DNA of 64,000 bases, from the NCBI GenBank assembly GCA_965644295.1, contig CBFFRP010000357.1:232536-296535 (forward strand), in the 5' to 3' direction. The position numbers and the translations under genes were made by a program. How positions within the stretch are numbered: position 1 is the first letter of the stretch; every line of letters begins with the position of its first letter. Positions 54,708 to 64,000 of the stretch are shown piece by piece. The notes below the pieces were generated by a model that worked only from the letters and a program-made list of their open reading frames with translations, was not told where the DNA came from and did not search any database. The stretch comes from Paraphysomonas bandaiensis. Its lineage: Eukaryota > Protista > Chrysophyceae.

Positions 54708-57700
54708 TTAACCTCTTCGGGGTCGCTTCTTCTGCTGCTCCTCAACTCTGGTTGACACACTTCTCTTAACCCCGGTAATAGTTTTCTCATGACGACTGAA
54801 AAGTTTCGTTGACAATGCCTTCGTGAAAATATCAGCCGCCATATCATCCGTCGACACATGAATCAACTTTGCCGTAGGAAATTTTCCATTTACATGCTCT
54901 CTCACCCAGTGATACTTGATGTCTATATGCTTCGACCTCTTATGATACACAGGATTCTCGGAGAGATCTTTCGCACTCTTGCTATCCATAAAGAATGGAG
55001 TCGGCTTCGCAACTAAGAGCCCGAGCTCCTTGAACACCCCCGAAGCCACACCAGTTCTTGCATAGCCGCATACTCCGCCATATATTCAGATTCCATGCTC
55101 GAAGTTGCAACTGTGGTCTGTAGTTTAGACTGCCAGGCCAATGCGCCTGCACATAAGAACACAATGTATCCTGTTGTCGATCGCCGAGTCAGTCTATCAC
55201 CAGCCCAATCTGAATCACTGAACACATGTAAGTCGAACTCACTCCCACTGAATCTGATGCCCTCATCAATTGTTCCACGCAAATATTTCAATAAGTGAAT
55301 CGCCAGTTTGCACGATGCATATGTCGGACAACTACTAAATCGAGACAATAACCCCACTGCATAAGCCAGATCAGGTCTAGTATGCATTGCTAGATACAAC
55401 ACTGCTCCAATAATTTGCCGATACGGAAATGAGTCAACCCACTGCTTCTGCTCCTCCGTAAGTTCACGTTCCTCTGCCAACAGATCCTGAACATTAGTAG
55501 GTAGTGGGGCCTCCTTATTCTTACTACTCTTTCCCATAACTGAGCTGAATTTCTTGATAATATTCTTAGCATACTCAGATTGATCTAACATATACCAATT
55601 TTCTCCTCTGGTTATCCTGATGTTCAGAAATCGCTTACACACTCCCAGATCATGCATCTCGAATGTTTCACAGAACCTACGCTTTACGCTTTCCAAGTAA
55701 GTCAGATCAGCGGATGCAATTATGATATCATCAACATATATCAATAATAAATGCAGTTTTCCGTTACTCCATCGCATATACAAACACGTATCCAAAATAC
55801 ACGGAGTAAAATGCAATGATTTAATAAACTTGTCAATATGTTTATTCCACTGTCGCGGTGAAGATCGCAGTCCATACAATGCCTTGATTAGTTGAAAACA
55901 CCATCCAGCTAGTAATTCCTCATCTGGTGGAGGTGCCATATACACGTCATCCTCCAGATCTGCATAGCAAAATGCGGATGATACATCTAATTGATGCACA
56001 TGCATCTGTAACATAAACGCAATCGCTAACACTAGTCTAATGGTTATACCCTTAACCACTGGAGCGAAAGTGGACGGCTCCTCCTCCTTCTTCTCTTGGA
56101 GATTTCCTAATGCCACTAGCCGAGCCTTGTACTTTACTATATTCCCTAGTATGTCTCGCTTCACCGTATGCACATATTTCGCTCTAACTAATTTCACTCC
56201 GCTTGGAATTTTCACGATCTTCAAGACACGTCTTTTCAGCAATGATGTCTTCTCCACCATTCGAGCTTTTCTCCATTGTTGATACTGTGGAGATCTCTCT
56301 GCCTCGGCATATGAATTTGGTATCTTGATATCTTCTGTCTCTGCATGGTTAAGATCAATATTATGCGCATCCGGTACTTCAACCATATTAATCTCTCCTA
56401 AAACTGACGCGTTTGCCAGTCTCCGCTGCAGCCGTTTGCGTCGGACCCGACCATCACCATCTAGTTCAATCGGTCGACGAGGTATATAAGAACCCGTACC
56501 TTGCTCATCCTGAGCACGCACATCGTGCGTTGTGGGAGGAGCCCCGCTCACAACCCCAGACTCATAGTCTTCAGAGGTCTGCAACCTCACAGCTGTCTCC
56601 TGACAGGTTGGGTCAGGACTCTCCTGTAACCCTCCAGGTCTTCCCTGGTCCAGCACCCTGGCTGGCATAGTACTCAGGGCGTCCCCCTTTCCTATATATC
56701 CGGTATTCCCGGGAGTTTCTGCAGTCATTCGCACTACGTCCTCGACGTGAATCGGCACCCGGTGCTCGATATGCTTCCGACCTGCAGTTACCAGAGATCG
56801 ATAGGCTACTATTACCCCCTTTCGTTCTACTACTCTCGTGGTCTTGTAGAGAAGACCATCCTCATCATCAATATGATATGTACCTTCTAAGCCCGCATAG
56901 TCAGACACAATTTTCGGTCTCTCGGCCTCCTTCACTCGAAGAGCATCTATCTCAGCGAAATAGCTCTCCGAGCGTGACGGTATGGACTCATCAGTTAATA
57001 CATGTACCGACGTGACGACCCTATCAGTCGCAGGTAGATATACATCATATCCTACCTTTTCATCTGAATATCCTATCAGATATCCGATAAGGGCCTTGTC
57101 GTCCCAGTCTTTCCGTCGATCCGCCTTTGTAGTGAGGACATACGCACGACACCCCCATACTCTGAGATATTTCAGGTTGGGAGCCTCACCAGTCAAAAAT
57201 TCAAGAGGGGACATATACCCCTTCGCTGTCTTTGTAGGCAATCGAATTAATATGTACCTGGCTGCCATGTAGGCATCTAGCCAAAACTGTGAAGGCAATC
57301 CTGACTGAATCAGCATCGCTAATGTCATCTCACCACAGGTCCTGAATTTCCGCTCCTCAATCGCGTTCATCTCAGGAGAGTCCGTAGAGCTCCACGTATG
57401 TTGATAGCAACCCTGTGACCTAAGATATTGTCGCAGCTCATCACATATTAGCTCCCCTGCTCCATCTGCATGGTAATGATGCATTTCTAATTTGTACCTT
57501 TTCACATCTCCTTCAAAAATCTTCTTGAAAACCTGCAGTACCGATGACCCAGTCCTATGAACAAGCCCTTCCGACCAGAACATCCGACTGGCATGGTGTG
57601 TTAGTTTGAGCACATATATTTCCCCTCCTCGAGCTGGACAATTTAAGTATACTGCTATATCGGCCGAGAAATTTGGACGAACGGAGTCCTCATCCTTTGT

Positions 57701-59419
57701 CCGAAAACTTACTCTGGTGATCTTCGCCCTGGCGCATACATCACATAGACACTGTTCTTTGGAAACACGTTTCGAGAGATGTTTTCGTTTCAGTCCAGTC
57801 CCAATAATTAGCATTCTTTTGTGGGCTTCTACCAACGCATGCTTGTTAAAATGACCCGCTCTCCTATGTAACAGCTCCAGTTCATCCTCACCCGTACGGT
57901 CACTGAGATTTACTTCTGAATCACTGGATGTCGATACGTCTGGAAGCTCCAATAACTGCTGTGTTGGCACAGCAGTCATTCCATTCTTCATAGGTCCCTC
58001 CAACACCAGCTCATCCGTATTTCTGTCATATATCTGTATACCATACCATACAGTAAATCGATATCCCATATCGTTCAACTTCCGTCCAGAACAAAGACAC
58101 CGATTTATCTGACTTGATACCTCAATGTTCTTCCATGCTCCACGGGAACCTACACTCGTGACGCATATCTCTGACCCTTTTTTCGAACCATTAATAACCT
58201 TTGATGTGTGCATATGACTATCAAGTATATTCACATCATTTATCAAAAACATTGATGACGAACAACAGGTATCAATGTATGTATAGTGAATATCCTCATG
58301 CACACTACTGCATATATTCGTCTCATACACATTACATGACAAATGATACTCTTCCTGTTGCTCGATCATATTTGCTTCGTCTTCGTCAGACAAATCCGCT
58401 GGCTCTCCACGCCTGATGTTTTCAACTGTAAGTAGTCTTTTGTCTGGTTTCCTTCCATCTTGAAACCTCACAGCCTTGCTCTTGCTTTGCGAGTACTTCT
58501 TTTTCGATGCTGGACAATCGATGGCAAGATGTTCCTTTGACTTACAATTTCTGCACCCAGTATATTCGGCACTTCCAGGTCGCTGCCCTGTAATCTCTGT
58601 ATCCTTCTTCATCGGCTTCTTCTTACCGTTGTTCTTCTTACGATGATCCCTCTCTCTGCGATATCGTTTCTTACTGTCTATCAGGTTCAGCTCCTCCACT
58701 CTTTTACGCTTCTTCTCCAACGCTTCCTTCCCAGCCATAGTATCATCATAGCCTTCTATCTTACGTGATACAGTTACATAATTAACATCATCATCCATCA
58801 AGTATAATCCAACTCTCAGTTGAGCATACTCTTCATTGAGCAAGCCTTCTCGTAGTCGACTTGTTTTTGATACCTCCGAGATATCCTGCTGCTGCTCCTG
58901 TAGTTCCTTCAGCAGTAGTTCGAACCGTAGTACGTAGTCCTTCGCCGTCTCCTCCGGACGCATACGGAAAGAACCATATTGAGTTAAGAGGTCACTGATC
59001 CTATTTTGCTTCCCTCCAGCAAAACACTTCTTCAACTCATCAATCATTACATGTGTTTTGAACCTGTTTACACCACTCCCTTCTGCCTTGAACGCTTTGT
59101 GGGTAAGATGGAATTTACGCAGCGCTTTCGGGGAATGCTGCACCGCATCCCTGCAGTAAGAATAAGCTATGGCGTTCGCCTTCCAATACCTCTTCACAGC
59201 CTGTCTGTACGCCTTCTCCTCCATCAACGTAAGTGGCTGCTCCCCGAAGTCGCTCTCCTTAGGTGGCAGTTCCACCGCTACCTCGCTTTGTTCCTTCCTC
59301 ATAAGGAATGTCTCGAAGTCCTCAATCCATTGTTCAACGTTAGTCTCGTTGAACTGAGGAACTACTCCTCTATCCTCCTTCTCTCCTCCTCGCTCGCTAC
59401 CATGTTGGGAAATGCTCAT
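54708..59419 (-). CDS. Copia gag-pol polyprotein (one frameshift at about 55036-55040)
   Basis: Zn knuckle CRNCKSKEHLAIDC; protease YIDTCCS; LHRRAGH..CDVC; integrase SADI/ADGAGE/NAIEERKFR; RT KARLVALG, LYGLRSSPRQW, YVDD; RNase H SDSDWAGD...KHIDIKYHWVRE...ADIFTK. One G missing in a G-run separates the last about 110 aa. Confidence 0.95.
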
Positions 59420-59695
59420 TTTACTTAGATCAAAGAGAGATTAAGTTGTTAGACTAGATAGATTTATTAATATCGTTTACACAAATTGTGTTAAACAACA
59501 CAAGCTCGTTTTGTGCCATGCATAAATCACTACTTCTGTAGACCTTTCGCTACTAAACATATCTTGAAAGAGCAAACTATTTCAGTTTTCTCAATATCAT
59601 AACAGCATCTACACATCACCATACTTCACTGTATTCTCGTACATTGTCTTCAAGTACCACATTGAATATACTAGGATACAGTCCATATTCTAATA
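59403..59695 (-). repeat. Copia 5' LTR
   Basis: 293 bp; element-strand termini TATTAG...CCAACA; contains the gag ATG at 59419. Confidence 0.97.
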
Positions 59696-60399
59696 AACAG
59701 TAAAAATATGAAACTTAGTCTGATAACTGATTACGACTTTACACGGTGCTATGGATATATGTTGTACTGTATATATTGGGTTCCACTTTAGTGAAAAAGA
59801 ATAATCTCATTATTTTGATTAGTGATCATCTTACTGGTTACGGCTTAATCTTGCTTAGAACAGACAAAGTATTGTCAACTACAAGGTAATTGTTAGAACT
59901 GGACTATACACTGAAGTTAACCTTGCTCTACACGTAATCCGTAGACCTACTTTCTTGAACTCAACAGACTTTTTTAGACACATCCTGCCTACTGGAGGGT
60001 GATACAGTATACAAACTCCCAAGGGGACTTTCTCTTCGGTACAGTATACAGTAGTATGTACGTGTATATGGGTATGCATATTCCATTTTATAATATAAAC
60101 GGTACATATATATACTATATATCTGCTAGTTTCCTGTATATGAGCAGATATTTCGGGCTCTTCAAGATGGTGTTCACAGCAGTGTATAGTCTGGAGAGGA
60201 GATGAGCAGTCGCTGTCTCAGATACCTATCAACATATTCACATATTCAATATATGAACTTATCCAACACATGCATTCATCATACTCTTTTCTTCAAAAGT
60301 AAATTCATCAGAAGATAGCACTGCTGTCCATCAGTGCTATATACTTATATATATAGCTGTTCTGCTGTAGATATCTCTTATATAATAGAAGTACTGTCT

Positions 60400-60730
60400 T
60401 GGACATGACCGGTATACAGCCAGTGGGTATATATGTATGTGTTGAAGAGGCAGGTTATCCTGGACCAAAGGTAACACACGAGATAGTCGGAAGAACATAT
60501 TATAATATATCTAGAGTGCTGTGTGAAATATTTTGTAAGCTTTGTACGTGTTTTACGCAAAAGAAACTGTGCGCTAAACCACAGGATATGAAACCTATAA
60601 TAACGTTCACATATAATGAGCGCTCTCAAGTTGACTTAATTGACATGTAGGCTCTCCCGTATAATGAGCATCGGGTGGATTTTGAATTATCAAGACCACC
60701 TAACCAAATTGAATGCACTGAGGGCTCTGA
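60400..60730 (+). pseudogene. Ginger2 / KRBA2-SCAND3-type integrase (DDE transposase) relic
   Basis: YYNISR..CEIFCKLCTC...KPIIT...ERSQVDLIDM*ALP...WILNYQDHLTK..LRAL, with a stop and a frameshift. Confidence 0.8.
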
Positions 60731-60890
60731 TATAAGATAGGTTTTATATCTTGAATTTTACGCACAGTTTCTTTTGTATATAACACACACACAGCTTACA
60801 AGAAAAAATTTCACATAGCACTATAGAATATTTTCTACCGACTGTCTCGTATGTTACCCTTCTCAAAACAATCTCTTATGCTGATCCATG

Positions 60891-61096
60891 TGTATGTATG
60901 TATGTATGTATGTATGTATGTATGTATGTATGTATGTATGTATGTATGTATGTATGTATGTATGTATGTATGTATGTATGTATGTATGTATGTATGTATG
61001 TATGTATGTATGTATGTATGTATGTATGTATGTATGTATGTATGTATGTATGTATGTATGTATGTATGTATGTATGTATGTATGTATGTATGTATG
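60891..61096. repeat. (TATG)n microsatellite, about 51 units
   Basis: Direct observation. Confidence 0.99.
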
Positions 61097-61204
61097 TGTG
61101 TATGTATTATCTGGTATACAGGGGGGTTGATGTGTTGATATGGATTGTTGTTCATAGATATTCGTATATGTGTATGTGTGTATAGAGATGGTCTGAGGAG
61201 TATC

Positions 61205-63774
61205 ATGTCATCACCTTTCTCATTTCCCCCCACTTCCTTACCCCCATTCAACCACCTCTCCTCCACCGATGATGTATATCTGGACACAGCAGGGAGGTGC
61301 GTGTTGCCTGTATCTGTACAGCAGGAGGGGTATGCATCAGTCGCATGGAAGGTACAGATATATACATACATAGTACTTCATAACAACTTACTTACACTCA
61401 TATCTTCCATATCCACACAGGCAAATCCATGGAAACCTCTGCCTGGATACGATGATATGATCAGAGATGTGTTTTGTCGTCTTATAGAGGCGGAGTCTAT
61501 GCACTGTATATCATTCGCTCCGTCCACTGCATTTGCTATGACTTTAGCCGCTAGAAATATATATCGTACGGGTGCATTAAGACCTGGACGGGTCGTGTTG
61601 TTAATGGAGAGTGAAATGGAGTCGAATGTTTATCCTTGGCAAGATATTTGTCGGTTGTCTGGAGCCAGACTCGTGATAGTTCCAACACCAATGTATCACT
61701 CGTCCTGGACAGAAGAAATTGTAGCCTATATCGAGAGGATAGGTCCCGATGCTATTGCAGTGATGGCCATATCTTGTGTTCATTGGTGTAGTGGAGAGCT
61801 GATTGATGTTGAATGTATGTATGGGAATGTTTTCCGTTGCTACTGTTCTTTTGTGCTCTGACCATTAGCATTCGAATAACTTGAGTTTACTCTAATAAAT
61901 ATTATTTTATATAGGCATATCTCGAAAACTACGGGAAAGAAACCCCAGGACGGAGCCTGCGTTGGCCTCTTATGTTTGCGTCGATGGCACCCAGTCAATC
62001 GGAGCTCAGCCGATCAATGTCCAGGCCGTCCAAGCCGATTTTGTAGCGTGTTCGGTACATAAGTGGCTCCTATCTCCCTATGGAATGAGTATAATGTATC
62101 TTCACCCTAGGCATCACGACACATGGGAGGCACTGGATAAGCATGATAGGAACAGGGCCGGAAATGATGAGGCAGAGTGGGTGGAGGTCGGGTTCATGCA
62201 ATTGCCAGTCGCGGATGGGAATGGAGATGATTGCTCAGTTGGAGAGGTGGGGTATCCTAATGTGTGCAAATATGGAGCCAAGCGCATTAACTCGGCAGGT
62301 CGTCCCAATCCCATCATCTTACCAATGGTATATGAAGGTTTGCGTCTGCTCATGGAATGGAAAGTTGAAAATATAAATGCATACCTGTCTCAACTAATAG
62401 AGCACTTTGCGTTTAGAGTTACGTCATACAATTCTGCGAGCACATCATCAAATCACTTTAATCCAATTGCACTACGAATTTTATCGAAGCCACGTCGTTC
62501 TGGACACATAATCGGTATTGAAATTCATCCGAACTGTAACTTATCCCCGGGGCTCATTTGTAAACGATTGAAGCAGCAAGGAGTCCATGTTTCTTGTCGG
62601 CAGAAATATATACGTGTTTCGCCATATGTTTATAACAGTACTGCTGAGATGGACAAGCTCTATAATACTTTGGAGCAAATATTGCTGAGTACTGGGGTCT
62701 CGTCTACACCTTACCCCTCCTGTATCCTTCCAGTTGTGCGACGGAAGAGAATACTGGTTGTTGGAGGGTCGGGGTGGCTGGGTCAACGCATCTGCAAGAA
62801 TTTTTTGCACTCCACCATGGATGTCGAGTTGCATGTGACTTATACTTCTACTGAACCTGTTTTTATGCCGCACAAGAAACACTGTTATAAAGTAGATTTT
62901 TCGGATTCGAGTTCTGGCATTGAGGATGTAATAGAGAAAGTCGTTCCTGATGTGGTCATACACACTGCCGCCCAGTCATCACCTGCGCGTTGCGCTTCAG
63001 ACCCGTCTACTGCCTACAAAATAAATTGTCCGGTTGAATTGGTTGTTGCCATTAAACAGTATTGCCCTAGTTCGCTTTTGTTGTTCATGTCTACGGATCT
63101 TGTGTACAGCGGAGATGAAGCGTGCGTACCGTTTTTTCCTGGAATACCTGTTTCAACGCCGTCAACTGTATATGGGAAGACAAAAAAGTAGTTTCGAAAA
63201 TGAAGTATTGACTCTATCTCATGGACTAATTCTTCGTTTGAGCAATATGATTGGAGGGGATACGTCTATACACCTCCTTGTAATGGTGGGTCTGTAAAGT
63301 TCCTGCAGTGGGTAAACACCTGCTGTTTGAAGAAGGACATGATTAGTTTGAAATCGGATGAATATCGATCTTTTGTTTTTGTGAATGATGTAGTGAAACT
63401 GATATCCTAGTATCACTGAAGCGTATCTCAGTAATGACCTGTCTGAGAACCACATCTGTTGGCAGCAGAGGGTATATAACGTAGGAGGACCGCAAGGGCT
63501 TAGTAGACTTCAGTTCGCAGAAATTGTTGCACGTGCACAAGGATGTACATTAAAGGTTTGCAATACTAGCGACACATCGGATAATGACGACAGCAAAGGA
63601 TGCAACAAGTGGATGGTGACGTCTGTACTTAGTGCCGAGATGCGCAATACAGGATCGCCATCTGAATTTCCTCCACAGAATGTCACCATGGACTCATCTC
63701 TAACGACGACACATTTTGGAGTAGAGTTTCAAAGCATAGAAGATGGAATAAAAGATGCGCTACGATCATTCTGA
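61205..63774 (+). CDS. Fusion: PLP-dependent class V aminotransferase/desulfurase-like domain + RmlD/MAT2B-like NAD(P)-binding SDR domain
   Basis: YLDTAG, VDGTQSIGA, ACSVHKWLLSPYG (PLP Lys) and IRVSPYVYN, then in the same exon ILVVGGSGWLG, PDVVIHTAA, STDLVYSG, YGKTK, DEYRSFVFVNDV, YNVGGP..LSR. Three apparent 1-bp frameshifts at about 63187, 63255 and 63405. Confidence 0.8.
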
Positions 63775-64000
63775 GTACATACCCGTAGATTTTTAAAAAA
63801 GAACTGGAAAGTATAGGGAAATATATTTTATTACTTCGAGTGGAATCAAGCTAGAAAATGTGGTTGTAGTTTTCATTTTGTCATGGCAAAATATACATGC
63901 CACTGATTTCGATTTCGTACAAAACTTGAGGTGTCGCTATTAGGAATCATGATAGTAAGAACGGTATTTTTTAATTTAAGATGTTATCTGGTGAAGTATT

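Larger units (their letters stand above)
54241..59695 (-). mobile_element. Full-length Ty1/Copia LTR retrotransposon
   Basis: Identical 293-bp LTRs at 54241-54533 and 59403-59695, 5-bp TSD AACAG, PBS TGGTAGCGAGCG, PPT GAGTGGGAG, and gag-PR-IN-RT-RH order. Confidence 0.98.

Noticed and set aside
55036-55040. Programmed ribosomal frameshift in Copia pol
   Set aside because: It lies within RNase H in a G-run; a 1-bp deletion or sequencing error is more parsimonious.

Overview
Eukaryotic, intron-rich genomic DNA with short (about 45-100 bp) GT-AG introns. It is probably a stramenopile/ochrophyte protist, inferred from gene content and the Phytophthora-type hAT remnants. About 16 host genes are visible: a 7TM Gr/DUF3537-like membrane protein, a secreted SGNH hydrolase, a 40-aa helical-repeat/RAP protein, a cAMP-receptor-like GPCR, an F-box/ankyrin protein, a SAP-Zn-methyltransferase-like orphan, an MscS-like channel, a small secreted unknown, a GGCT-fold protein, RlmE/MRM2, a PEHE/AT-hook nuclear protein, Rab11, an acylated tandem-PH protein, an FKBP15-like protein, a TEY MAP kinase, and a class-V PLP enzyme fused to an RmlD-like domain. 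Mobile DNA comprises a young full-length Copia element (identical 293-bp LTRs, AACAG TSD), a 2.5-kb hAT element with an 8-bp TSD carrying a nested insertion, other hAT ends and a 75-bp mini-element, and a Ginger2/KRBA2-type integrase relic. Tandem DNA comprises four long (TATG)n tracts that all sit just upstream of start codons, plus 7-bp, 33-bp, 162-bp and 303/315-bp arrays. The best novelty candidate is the intronless ORF at 13841-15193, which combines two SAP-like motifs, a Zn motif and an atypical class I methyltransferase fold in a transposon-rich segment. All family assignments are by eye from motifs; no searches were run.
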